From Thermoproteota archaeon (GTDB lineage Archaea > Korarchaeota > Korarchaeia > Korarchaeales > Korarchaeaceae), in the NCBI GenBank assembly GCA_027491395.1, contig JAOZFI010000041.1, positions 1-64,000 of the forward strand: a stretch of 64,000 nt of DNA, read 5' to 3'. The notes under the pieces are model-generated. The model saw only the letters and a list, made by a program, of their open reading frames with translations. It was not told the DNA's origin and made no database searches. Positions 46,959 through 56,262 of this stretch are shown in pieces. The position numbers were made by a program, and so were the translations under genes. The number at the start of each line of letters is the position of its first letter. Positions within the stretch are counted from its first letter, which is position 1.

Positions 46959-48931
46959 CTCCAGATCACCTCTCCCATATCTTCTCCAGCCACTATCCCC
47001 TCCAGTGAGTTGATCTCCTCCCTCAACCTTGGATCTCTGAGAAGTTCCAAGAACCGACTCACCGGCTTGCTCTCCAAGGAACTGCCCTTTATTAGGAAGT
47101 CGTAGTTCTCCTCAGCTAATTTGATGAAATCTAGGCCATAGAGGGATGAAGCAGTCCTTATACCGATACCTACATCTGCAATCCCGTGGTATACTGCTGC
47201 AGCGACTGCATTATGGGACTTAGCCTCGCTCCAGTAGCCCTTTATCCGCCTCCTAACCTCATCGAAATCTAGGCCCAGCGCCTCTGCTTCCCTCCTCAGG
47301 AGAGCATCCAAGAGTATTCTAGTACCCGAACCTTTATTCCTATTGATAAACATGAGATCTTGTCTCTCTATGAGATCTCTTATGGATTTTACGCCCTTTG
47401 GATTACCCTTAGGCAGAATGAGACCCTGCTCCCTTCTGTAGCCCCTTACGAGTATCGCCTTGCCCTTGAACTGGTAGCTGTCCATGAATGGAATGTTATA
47501 GGTCCAGCTATCCGGATCCAAAGCGTGAACTCCCGCTATATCAGCTTCTCTCCTGCTCACCGCTTTGAAGCCACCGGTGGATCCCACAAAAACGGCCTTG
47601 ACGTGGTAACCCTCCCTCCTCAGGTGCGATAGTATCCTTTCCAGTCCTAAGCAATGACTTCCCATGACTGAAACATCGGCTATCTTTGATCCCTTGTAAA
47701 GGTGAACCTCGACGACCTCACCCTCCTCTATTATCTCCTCGTTCTTCTCCATGATCACAAAACCATCCGCTCTGGAGAGCGTGGTTATTGCCTCGGAACC
47801 CGTGGGGACTGGGAAAGTGAGGTGGTGATCCCCTTCCTTCACTACGTGGACCGGTAGTAGATCCTTCCTTCCCTTCTCCCCGAAGATCCTCTCAGCTGCG
47901 ATTGCCTTTACGATTCCCTCGCTCTCCTCAAATCTACCACTCCACTTCCTAATGAGGGGAGAGATCAGGGATTGATAGATGGTCATCGCGCTGGTGGGGT
48001 ATCCGGGGAGTCCTATAATGAGTTTCCCTCTCGATTCCGCTATGACAGTCGGCTTACCCGGATGTATGGCGATGCCGTGAACTAGCACGCCGGGAGGTCC
48101 CAGCTCCTCGAGAATACGGTACATCACATCCCCGGCGCCCACGCTGGTGCTGCCGGAGAGTATCACCATATCGAAAATGTCCAAGGCCTCCTCCAATGCC
48201 CTCTTGATGGCGTCGTGATCATCGGGAAGTATGCCGAGCCTCTCTGGAATGCCACCATCCTCAACTATGGAGGAGAACACCGTGAAGGAATTGACATCAT
48301 ATATCTTCCCGAAGTCGAGAGGTTCGCCCGGTTGGACTATCTCATCGCCCGTCGAGAATATTCCCACCTTGGGAGGAGAAAGGACCTTCACCTTAGTCCG
48401 GCCAACCGCGGCCAGTACTCCTATCTCACGTGCGGACAGGAGCGTATCGGAGTAGATGACCGTCTCTCCCCTTCTTATATCTGAGCCAGCTCCGTGGATA
48501 TTCTCCCCCGGGGATATGGCCCTGAAAACGAGGAGCGAATTTCCGTCCCTGACTGTATGCTCCTCCATGACCACGGCGTTGGCCCCCTTAGGGATGGGGG
48601 CTCCTGTGGCTATCTCCACCGCCTCTCCCTCATCAACGATCCCTAGGAAGGGATGGCCGGCCGCAGCCTTACCGATGACTCTCAGCTTAGCTGGACGATC
48701 CTCATCGACCCAGAAGGTGTCTTCCGCCCTCAGAGCATAACCGTCAACGGCCGCACGGTCGAACCCCGGTACGTCCACATCCGATACCACGTCTTCAGCC
48801 ACCACCCTCCCTAGAGCACCTTCAATGGGAACCTCCTCGATGGTCTTGGGTCTAGAATAACTGATCAGGAGGTTTAGAACCTCTCCAAACTCCCTGAGCT
48901 CCCTGAAGACCTTCCTCATAGCTTGAGCCAC
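46955..48931 (-). CDS. moeA: MoeA fused to a periplasmic-binding (PBP) domain
   Basis: PGFDRAAVDGYA, IATGA, STGDE, PGKP, GLPGYP; then GSH, GSTGG, NRNKGSGTR. Confidence 0.93.
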   Translation of the reverse strand: MAQAMRKVFRELREFGEVLNLLISYSRPKTIEEVPIEGALGRVVAEDVVSDVDVPGFDRAAVDGYALRAEDTFWVDEDRPAKLRVIGKAAAGHPFLGIVDEGEAVEIATGAPIPKGANAVVMEEHTVRDGNSLLVFRAISPGENIHGAGSDIRRGETVIYSDTLLSAREIGVLAAVGRTKVKVLSPPKVGIFSTGDEIVQPGEPLDFGKIYDVNSFTVFSSIVEDGGIPERLGILPDDHDAIKRALEEALDIFDMVILSGSTSVGAGDVMYRILEELGPPGVLVHGIAIHPGKPTVIAESRGKLIIGLPGYPTSAMTIYQSLISPLIRKWSGRFEESEGIVKAIAAERIFGEKGRKDLLPVHVVKEGDHHLTFPVPTGSEAITTLSRADGFVIMEKNEEIIEEGEVVEVHLYKGSKIADVSVMGSHCLGLERILSHLRREGYHVKAVFVGSTGGFKAVSRREADIAGVHALDPDSWTYNIPFMDSYQFKGKAILVRGYRREQGLILPKGNPKGVKSIRDLIERQDLMFINRNKGSGTRILLDALLRREAEALGLDFDEVRRRIKGYWSEAKSHNAVAAAVYHGIADVGIGIRTASSLYGLDFIKLAEENYDFLIKGSSLESKPVSRFLELLRDPRLREEINSLEGIVAGEDMGEVIWS

Positions 48932-50157
48932 CTCCTGTAAACGAGCACATCCACCTCACTGCCGGCCTCGTATCCCTCCACATCTTCCGGCACCACCACG
49001 AATCCATCGGCTTGGGTAAGTGAGGAGATTATTCCTGAGCCACTGACTCTCACGGGCGTAGCTAGTAAGGCATCACTCTCCCGCCTGAGCTTAACCCTCA
49101 CGTAATGTCTGACGCCAGGTCTCGAAGCTATCCTCCTGTCAAGGCGAGCCCTAACCCTCGGCCACTGGAGAATCCCTTCCACGCCTGAAAGCCTCGCCAA
49201 TACCGGGAGGAGCACCTCCATGGCCGCGACCATAGCCGCAACAGGGCTCCCCGGAAGTCCTACCAACGGGGTTCCGTCGATCATAGCTAGGAGAGTGGGC
49301 TTTCCCGGCATTATGCTCAATCCGTGAAACACTATCTCCCCACCCAAGGACCCCACGATCTTGGGGACTAGATCCCTCTCTCCGACGCTTGTACCGGCTA
49401 TCGTGACTATTAGATCTCCATCCATCCCCCTCTCTACCATTTCCCTTAGCTCCTCTTCATCGTCCTTAGCTATACCCAAGTATTTAGGAACGGCTAGATC
49501 CGAGATCATAGACTCTAGGGCATACCTGTTGGAGTTGACTATTTTACCCTTACCGAGAGGGGATCCAAGCTCCACAAGCTCGCTTCCCGTACTGATTATA
49601 GAGACTCTGGGCTTCTGAAATACCCTAACTTCAGTAATGTTCAGAGAGGCCAAGAGGAGCATCTCGAACGGACCTATAACCGTGCCCCTCTTCAAAACGG
49701 TATCTCCCCTCGACACATCGCTGCCCCTCCTATCAACGTTCGCACCGGGAGGAACCTGCCTTATTATCTCGACGTGGTTCCCAGATCTCTTCGAGAACTC
49801 CAGCGGTACTACGGCATCAGCCCCATCAGGTAAGTACGCGCCAGTGGCTATTTCCACTGCTTCTCCCTCTCTTATCCTCACTTCCGACTCGTCTCCTGGC
49901 CTGAGCCTCCCAACCACCTTCAGCACAACCGGATTGGATGCTGTTGCGCCGAAAGTGTCGGATGATCTAACCGCGTATCCATCGAAAGCGGCCCTATGGA
50001 AGGGGGGGATGTCGATGGGAGAGATCACGTCTTCGGCTAGAACTCGATTCCTTGCCTCATTCAGGACGACCTCCTCGGGTGAGGTTGGGTGAAGGTATGT
50101 TAAATAGGTAGCAAGCGCCTGTCCTATGGGAGTTAGCCTCTTGAAGATGCGGGTCAT
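48916..50157 (-). CDS. moeA: Molybdopterin molybdo/tungstotransferase MoeA
   Basis: PPFHRAAFDGYA, IATGA, STGSEL, GTSVG..D, PGKP, GLPGSP. Confidence 0.94.
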   Translation of the reverse strand: MTRIFKRLTPIGQALATYLTYLHPTSPEEVVLNEARNRVLAEDVISPIDIPPFHRAAFDGYAVRSSDTFGATASNPVVLKVVGRLRPGDESEVRIREGEAVEIATGAYLPDGADAVVPLEFSKRSGNHVEIIRQVPPGANVDRRGSDVSRGDTVLKRGTVIGPFEMLLLASLNITEVRVFQKPRVSIISTGSELVELGSPLGKGKIVNSNRYALESMISDLAVPKYLGIAKDDEEELREMVERGMDGDLIVTIAGTSVGERDLVPKIVGSLGGEIVFHGLSIMPGKPTLLAMIDGTPLVGLPGSPVAAMVAAMEVLLPVLARLSGVEGILQWPRVRARLDRRIASRPGVRHYVRVKLRRESDALLATPVRVSGSGIISSLTQADGFVVVPEDVEGYEAGSEVDVLVYRRWLKL

Positions 50158-50216
50158 CGGGGGAAGGACGTGTTAATCTATAAATTAGCTTTCGCCCACA
50201 TCCGGGAGGATGTACT

Positions 50217-51032
50217 TTGGCGGAGGATAAGGAGGCGCCGCTGCAGGAGCACATCATTGAGCTGCTTGAGAGATTGAGAAGGGTGTTAATAGCCCTCATA
50301 ATAACCTCGGGCATCGTGGTCGTTATCCCCTCTCAGCTGGTGGAGTGGAGGTGGGATGGGTACACTCCCCTAGTGTTTTACGTGATGAAGAAAATGCAGG
50401 AGGATCTCACTAACGTCCACAATCCAGTAGTGGAGCCAATAGCTTCCTTTTTCGGGATAAAGGAGCTCCCTGTGGAACTTATAGCCCATAGCTGGCTGGA
50501 TTCCATAGAGGTAATTCTCCAGCTCTCCCTCCTGATGGGTTTAGTTATAGCATCTCCTTACGTGGCTAAGCAGATATATGAGTACTTGGAGCCGGCCCTC
50601 GAGGAGAGAGAAAAGAAGGTGCTCGTTCCATTTTCACTCCTCTTCTTCCTGCTGTTCGCCTTAGGTGTCGTGTACGCTTATTTCGTCATCCTTCCATTGA
50701 CGTTCTTCTTCCTCTCTTGGCTTTATCTCCTAGGCGGGGTTAAGCTCATATTCTCCGTCAAGGAATTCTACTCATTCGCCATAGTGGGGATGCTCACTAC
50801 CGGGCTATCGTTCACCTTCCCTCTAGTGGTCGCCTTGGCATCTTACTTGGACATAATAACGCCAGACACTCTGAAGAAGAACTGGAGGTACGTGGTGTTC
50901 GTGATAATGGTTGTGACCGCCGTAATAACTCCAGATCCCACTCCAGTCTCCATGATAGCGCTGGCTATCCCGTTCCTAGCGCTATACGTGCTCTCCTATC
51001 TACTAGCCAAAAAAGTGCACAGGAAAAGCTGA
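50217..51032 (+). CDS. tatC: Twin-arginine translocase TatC
   Basis: EHI.EL..RL, PAL..EK, WR, A.ITPDP. Confidence 0.93.
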   Translation: MAEDKEAPLQEHIIELLERLRRVLIALIITSGIVVVIPSQLVEWRWDGYTPLVFYVMKKMQEDLTNVHNPVVEPIASFFGIKELPVELIAHSWLDSIEVILQLSLLMGLVIASPYVAKQIYEYLEPALEEREKKVLVPFSLLFFLLFALGVVYAYFVILPLTFFFLSWLYLLGGVKLIFSVKEFYSFAIVGMLTTGLSFTFPLVVALASYLDIITPDTLKKNWRYVVFVIMVVTAVITPDPTPVSMIALAIPFLALYVLSYLLAKKVHRKS

Positions 51033-51067
51033 AAGCTTGGAAATACGGCGAAAAGTTTAATGAGGGG

Positions 51068-51370
51068 TTACTCCTCCGACCCCTTCTTCTTAGCTGCTAG
51101 GGCCTTTATCTCCTCCATGAGCTCCTCATCAGTCTTACCGGTTACGTCTATTCCCAGGCTCAAGGCAAGCTCTCTGATCTCACTGCTGCTCTTCTTGGTC
51201 TTCTCCTCCTTCTCCTCCTTGGAGGTCACTCCGCTGCTGGCCTTTCTGAATTCGTTTATGGCCTCGCCCATGGATCTAGCCAGCTCCGGGAGCCTTCTGG
51301 GCCCGAAGAGAAGTAAAGCGATCACTATTATTATCAGGAGCTCAGTCCATCCTATCGGCCCGAACTGCAT
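51068..51370 (-). CDS. tatA: Twin-arginine translocase TatA
   Basis: IG..ELLII...LLLFGP.RLPELARSMG.AI.EF; start at 51370 or 51394. Confidence 0.93.
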   Translation of the reverse strand: MQFGPIGWTELLIIIVIALLLFGPRRLPELARSMGEAINEFRKASSGVTSKEEKEEKTKKSSSEIRELALSLGIDVTGKTDEELMEEIKALAAKKKGSEE

Positions 51371-51545
51371 TAGCTTAAGGGTCAAGCCCGCCATTCCAGA
51401 GAGCAAAGCATCACCCGAACCATATCCCACATGACACATATATCTCTTTTTCCCCAGCGGAATGGTCGCCAAGGTTTCTAACCGTCTCCATGGACAACGG
51501 CCTATATACAATCAAACTTTTTGTATGCTCCTTCGTGTGGAGAGG

Positions 51546-52556
51546 ATGCGTATAATCCTGATGGGTATGGGAGTCGTAGGACAAGCATTCTTGGAGCTGC
51601 TTGAGCTTGAAAAGGCGGATCTATACCGGAAATACGGCCTCCATCCTGTGGTGGTGGCGGCGTCGGACTCCAACTCGATGGTATACAATCCCAGGGGATT
51701 GGATGTGCAGAGGCTCCTGAACCATAAGAGGTCTGAAGGGACTTTGCACGGCTTTCCCGATGAGGTTCAAGGTATGGACTTGGTGAGGGAGGTGGAAGCG
51801 GAGGTGGTTATCGATGTCACGCCATCCAACTTCAGGACCGGAGAACCAGGGATCTCACATCTCAGGGCAGCACTGCAGACCGGTAAACACGTTATAACAG
51901 CAAACAAGGGCCCTCTAGCCCTAGAAATGCCCGCACTAGTGGAGATGTTTCAACACAAGGGCCTCAGACTTCTCTTCAGCGGGACGGTTGGAGGAGGTAC
52001 GCCTTTCCTCAGATTCGTTGGAAAGTGCCTGTCAGGTGAGAAGATAGTATCGATAAGGGGGGTGATCAACGGAACTACTAATTACATACTCAACCGGATG
52101 GAGGACGGAATATCGTTCCGAGAGGCGCTGAGAGAGGCTCAAGAGAAGGGATACGCCGAGGCAGATCCGAGTAACGATGTGGATGGGTGGGATTCCGCTG
52201 CCAAACTAGTTATACTCTCGAACTGGGCCATGGATCTAGGCGTGACATTGAAGGATGTGTCCGTGCGTGGCATCAGGGATGTGGAGATAACTGAGGATAT
52301 GCTCTCCAGAGGAAAGACCGTTAGGTTGATAGCTACGGCCGATGAATCTGGCCTCAGGGTCCAACCGGAGGAGATCGATAGGAGGGATCCGCTGGTGGTT
52401 CCAGGCGCCCTAAATGCCGTCTCTTTCATTGCAGAGATATCTGGGAGGCACACCTTGATAGGCAAGGGAGCGGGCGGGAGGGAAACCGCCGCCGCCCTGA
52501 TGAGGGATCTGGTGGAACTGAAGATGTACTTGGGAGGTGTCGAGCCTTGCTCATAA
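51546..52556 (+). CDS. hom: Homoserine dehydrogenase
   Basis: GMGVVG, TANKGP, TVGGG.P, NGTTNYIL, GYAEADP..DV.G.D, GAG..ETA. Confidence 0.95.
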   Translation: MRIILMGMGVVGQAFLELLELEKADLYRKYGLHPVVVAASDSNSMVYNPRGLDVQRLLNHKRSEGTLHGFPDEVQGMDLVREVEAEVVIDVTPSNFRTGEPGISHLRAALQTGKHVITANKGPLALEMPALVEMFQHKGLRLLFSGTVGGGTPFLRFVGKCLSGEKIVSIRGVINGTTNYILNRMEDGISFREALREAQEKGYAEADPSNDVDGWDSAAKLVILSNWAMDLGVTLKDVSVRGIRDVEITEDMLSRGKTVRLIATADESGLRVQPEEIDRRDPLVVPGALNAVSFIAEISGRHTLIGKGAGGRETAAALMRDLVELKMYLGGVEPCS

Positions 52557-53929
52557 TGAAGTTCGGAGGGTCCATACTTGAGGGGGCTGGGGATCTCCGA
52601 TCCATAGCGGATTATCTGAAGGGTTTGCTGGAGGAGGAGAGGATAGTAGCTGTAATCTCCGCCCTTAAGGGGGTCACTGACCATCTACTCAAGATCGGTG
52701 AGCTAGCTGCGTTAGGAGACGAACTTGCAGTCACGAAAGAGCTACAATCCTTGAGTGAGAAGCACCTGAGTATATGTGAAGACTTAGGACTGACTTGCCA
52801 GGCTGTCAGGAAGGAGTTGGAGAAGCTTGAGAAGATAGTGATAGGGATAACTTATATTGGGGAGATCACACCCAGACTGAGAGATCTTATAGCTTCTATG
52901 GGAGAGAACTTGTCTGGAAGCATTCTGTCCGAGCTGCTCCAGAAGGAGGGCGTTAAATCTAGGTTCCTAACGGGAGGAGAGGCCGGTATAGTCACGGATG
53001 ACTCTCATGGCGAGGCTAACCCGCTCCTCAAAGCCACTCGCGTTTACGTGAGGAGCAGGCTCCTCCCACTACTCGAAGACACACTGCCCGTTGTGGCTGG
53101 CTTCTCTGGTCTCTCCCAAGAGGGTAGAGTCACGACGTTGGGGCGGGGAGGGAGTGACCTGACTGCGGTCCTCCTCGGATCCTCTTTAGGGTCTAGGGAG
53201 GTTTGGTTATGGACCAATGTGGACGGTCTGCTTACCGCCGACCCGAGGATAGTTGAGGACGCCCGCCTGATCAAGCAAGTCTCTTACAGAGAGGCCATAG
53301 AGCTAGCGTACTTCGGTGCTAAGAGGATGCACCCCAGGTTCTTGGAGCCAGCTATGGCGACCTCCACCCCTGTGAGGATAAGGAACTTCCGTAACATGAA
53401 GTCCCCGGGCACTCTCATTTCCAGCAGGGAGGTGAGGAGCAAGGAAGTGGTTAAAGCCGTGGGTTTGAGGAGAGGAGTATCCATAATAACGGTCAGGGGC
53501 GTCGGGATGATCGGGCGTCCCGGAACGGCCGGTCGGTTGTTCTCACTCTTGGGGGATAATGGGATCAATGTGCTCATGATCTCCCAGAGCATCTCAGAGT
53601 CGGACATCTCGATAGTCTTGGAGGCAGAAGAGGCTGAGAGGGCGAGGGGTATAATGGAAGCTAGGCTCTTGGGGCCCATATTCAAAGAGGTCCTCTTGGA
53701 TAGGGGGTGCTCCGTAGTGGCCGCTATAGGATCTGGGATGAGGGGCACTCCCGGTGTCGCCTCCCGTGTCTTCGGAGCAGTCTCCGCGAGAGGCATAAAC
53801 GTGAAGATGATAGCTCAGGGATCCTCCGAGGTCAATATATCGTTCGTGGTCGATGAAACCGATGGAGAAGAGGCTGTGAGGGCATTACACGACGAATTCG
53901 AGCTGGGTAAGGAAGGAGAGGACCTCTGA
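52547..53929 (+). CDS. lysC: Aspartate kinase with two ACT domains
   Basis: MKFGGS, TLGRGGSD, TNVDG..ADPR, ELAYFGAK, SQ..SE and QGSSE ACT motifs. Confidence 0.95.
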   Translation: MLIMKFGGSILEGAGDLRSIADYLKGLLEEERIVAVISALKGVTDHLLKIGELAALGDELAVTKELQSLSEKHLSICEDLGLTCQAVRKELEKLEKIVIGITYIGEITPRLRDLIASMGENLSGSILSELLQKEGVKSRFLTGGEAGIVTDDSHGEANPLLKATRVYVRSRLLPLLEDTLPVVAGFSGLSQEGRVTTLGRGGSDLTAVLLGSSLGSREVWLWTNVDGLLTADPRIVEDARLIKQVSYREAIELAYFGAKRMHPRFLEPAMATSTPVRIRNFRNMKSPGTLISSREVRSKEVVKAVGLRRGVSIITVRGVGMIGRPGTAGRLFSLLGDNGINVLMISQSISESDISIVLEAEEAERARGIMEARLLGPIFKEVLLDRGCSVVAAIGSGMRGTPGVASRVFGAVSARGINVKMIAQGSSEVNISFVVDETDGEEAVRALHDEFELGKEGEDL

Positions 53930-53974
53930 GTCTCGCTCGAAAACTTATATTTGATGAGTCATCCCTTATGTTTG

Positions 53975-54047
53975 GCCCCGGTAGCTCAGTTGGCAGAGCG
54001 GCCGCCTTGTAAGCGGCAGGTCGGGGGTTCGAGACCCCCCCGGGGCT
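53975..54047 (+). tRNA. tRNA-Thr(TGT)
   Basis: GCCCCGG acceptor, GCCGC-CT-TGT-AA-GCGGC, T-arm GGGGG-TTCGAGA-CCCCC. Confidence 0.93.
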
Positions 54048-54050
54048 CTA

Positions 54051-54815
54051 TCACAGCTCTACCATGCCCTCGATCTCTACTCTCTTGACGACCTCACGGA
54101 CCCCGGCTACGATAGAGTACTCCCTATTCAGACCCTCTATTTGGTGTTTGTTCACCAAAACGGTTCCTCCTGCCTCCTTAACCATCAGAAGGCCAGCGGC
54201 CAGATCCACTATTCTTAAATCCCCTCTGAGATCGATGAGTGCGTCTATCCTACCCTCTGCCACCAGAGCTAAGCCCAAGGCAACAGACCCCAAATCCCTC
54301 CTTGCTATATGCTTGAATCCCAATCTCTCCTTGGTTACCGAGTCGTTCCTCTGACAAGGTGCGTAGATAACTGGTGTACCCCTGAAGTCTCTTGTCCTCA
54401 CCTCGTTCCCGTTCTTGAAGGCACCTCCTCCCTTGATGGCGTGATAGAGGTCTCCCCTGAACAGGTCCAGTATAACCGCCATCTCGAGGTCCTTCAGAGA
54501 GTAGGAGGAGGAATAGGCCACGGAGACACAGGCGAAAGGAATTCCCCTGTCGGCATTGGAACTACCGTCCACGGGATCGATGAGGATGATTCCTCTCTCT
54601 TGTCCCTCGATAAGTCCGCTCTCCTCGCTGAGTATGCTCGGATATCTTTCCCTCTCCTCTAACCATGCAGAGAGAGCCTCCTGCGCGGCCTCGTCCACTG
54701 CTCTAGCGGTGTCCCCTCCAGCGCTAACGTAGGAATATTCCCTGTCAGCTCCTATGAAGGGAAGAGCCTTCTCCTTTATTTTCAGGGTGAGGTCAACTAG
54801 CTCACTTAGGTCTAT
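54051..54815 (-). CDS. suhB: Bifunctional FBPase/inositol monophosphatase family protein
   Basis: SEESG, IDPVDGS.N, R.LGS, DLAAG..EAGG; homology extends upstream of GTG 54698 to ATA 54815 (AGGDTARAVD). Confidence 0.88.
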   Translation of the reverse strand: MDLSELVDLTLKIKEKALPFIGADREYSYVSAGGDTARAVDEAAQEALSAWLEERERYPSILSEESGLIEGQERGIILIDPVDGSSNADRGIPFACVSVAYSSSYSLKDLEMAVILDLFRGDLYHAIKGGGAFKNGNEVRTRDFRGTPVIYAPCQRNDSVTKERLGFKHIARRDLGSVALGLALVAEGRIDALIDLRGDLRIVDLAAGLLMVKEAGGTVLVNKHQIEGLNREYSIVAGVREVVKRVEIEGMVEL

Positions 54816-54838
54816 CCCCGAACCCCCCGAAAAAGGTG

Positions 54839-55099
54839 TTAGGAGGAGATACCCTTCACCCGACTGTCGAACCTGAGCCAGTTCTCGTAGGCGGAGGGTT
54901 CTCTCTCCTTGAGATAGTTAAGCACGAATTCCCTGATCTCTGAGCTATCCACTACATCTTTACCCTTGAATTTCTCCTGCACCGCCTTGGCAACCTCATC
55001 AGCCAACTCAACGGAAGCTCCGGCCTTAATTGCGGCCGCAACTATCTTTACGGGAAGGAACTCCTCCTCGGTCCCGGTGCTTCTCTTCCTCACCTTCAT
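54839..55099 (-). CDS. Stand-alone ATP-cone domain protein
   Basis: MKVRKR..G.EEEF...KI..A..KAG...S.EIR..V...L; ATG 55099 after AGGTGA. Confidence 0.85.
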   Translation of the reverse strand: MKVRKRSTGTEEEFLPVKIVAAAIKAGASVELADEVAKAVQEKFKGKDVVDSSEIREFVLNYLKEREPSAYENWLRFDSRVKGISS

Positions 55100-55194
55100 G
55101 CCATCACCTGGGGAGCTGCCGACCTGAATACGAAAAACTTTCACTCCCCAGGGGTACGGTTAAAAGGGGGTGCGGGAAGGCCGAGGTGATCACC

Positions 55195-55611
55195 ATGAAC
55201 ATAGCCGTGAGGGTAATGAGGGTTCAGGCCGAGAGATACGTGGAGCCAGAGGATCCGCTGCCGCCTAACCTACAGATTTCCGTTAACATGAACCTAGGGA
55301 AGATGGAGGGTTCTAAGGAGAGAGCCAAAGGTAAGTTCCTCATAGATGTGAGTTACCAACCTTCCGTGGCCAGAATAACTGTGGAGGGCAGGGTCATCAT
55401 AACCGGCAAGAAAGACGAGATAGAGAGGATGCTGAGGGATATAGGAAACGGTAAGATGCCTCAGCCTGTGGTCCAAGCCGTATACGCGGCGGGCTTCGCG
55501 GAGGCGGTTATGCTATGTAGATCGGTGGGTGTGCCTCCACCCTTGCCGCCGTTACCCCAGCCGCAGCCCGAGGTCAAAGGTAAGGCAGAGGGAATGGAAT
55601 ACTCACTGTGA
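55195..55611 (+). CDS. Conserved hypothetical protein, possible SecB-like fold
   Basis: Four beta strands, two helices, C-terminal VGVPPPLP; SD GAGGTGA. Confidence 0.75.
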   Translation: MNIAVRVMRVQAERYVEPEDPLPPNLQISVNMNLGKMEGSKERAKGKFLIDVSYQPSVARITVEGRVIITGKKDEIERMLRDIGNGKMPQPVVQAVYAAGFAEAVMLCRSVGVPPPLPPLPQPQPEVKGKAEGMEYSL

Positions 55612-55620
55612 GGGATCCCC

Positions 55621-56262
55621 ATGTGGGTGGACTTTCATGTGCACACCAGGCGATCCCGGGACTCGATGGCCTCTCCCGGGGATGTGGTGAAATTAGCTGT
55701 GAGGAGGGGGCTGAGCGCCATAGCAATAACCGATCACAATGAGGTGATAGGGGTCCAAGAGGTACTAGAAGAGGTCAGGAGGCTGAGTGCGGATCTGACT
55801 GTCATCCCGGGGGAGGAGGTGAAGACGGCACAGGGAGATGTCATAGGGCTCTTCATAAACGAGAGAATACCCAAAGGCATGGACGCCTCAGAAACCGTGG
55901 ATAGAATAAAGGAGCAGGGAGGCCTAGTGGTGGTGCCTCACCCTTTTGACAGGAAGATGAGAGGGGCCTTGGGAAATGCGGTCTTGGATATCTTAGAAAA
56001 GATCGACTACATAGAGGTGATGAACGGAAGAACCCCCTCTTGGAATAACAGGAAGGCCGAGGAGTTCGCTAAACGGTATGGCATACCGGGTATAGGGGGA
56101 AGTGACGCTCACTGGCCTAGAGAGATAGGAAAGGTCAGGACACTAGTTTCCAAGTTGGATGAAGGAAAAATAGAGCCAATAAAAGTGGAGGGGAACGGGT
56201 GGCCCCCCATGATCTTTGGTGTCCTGTACTCCTCCATCGCCAAGGTATCTAAGGTGTTCTAG
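55621..56262 (+). CDS. PHP-domain phosphoesterase
   Basis: DFHVHT..S.D, ITDHN, GEEV, PHPF, GSDAH. Confidence 0.92.
   Translation: MWVDFHVHTRRSRDSMASPGDVVKLAVRRGLSAIAITDHNEVIGVQEVLEEVRRLSADLTVIPGEEVKTAQGDVIGLFINERIPKGMDASETVDRIKEQGGLVVVPHPFDRKMRGALGNAVLDILEKIDYIEVMNGRTPSWNNRKAEEFAKRYGIPGIGGSDAHWPREIGKVRTLVSKLDEGKIEPIKVEGNGWPPMIFGVLYSSIAKVSKVF

Noticed and set aside
50198-50213. Hairpin ACATCC-GGGA-GGATGT masking the tatC SD
   Set aside because: The TATA at about 50178-50185 implies a TSS inside the hairpin, so the 5' arm is probably not transcribed
51378-51420. GUGAUGC...UUGA-CCC upstream of tatA as a C/D sRNA
   Set aside because: Only about 38 nt, imperfect boxes, and overlaps the plausible tatA 5' coding region
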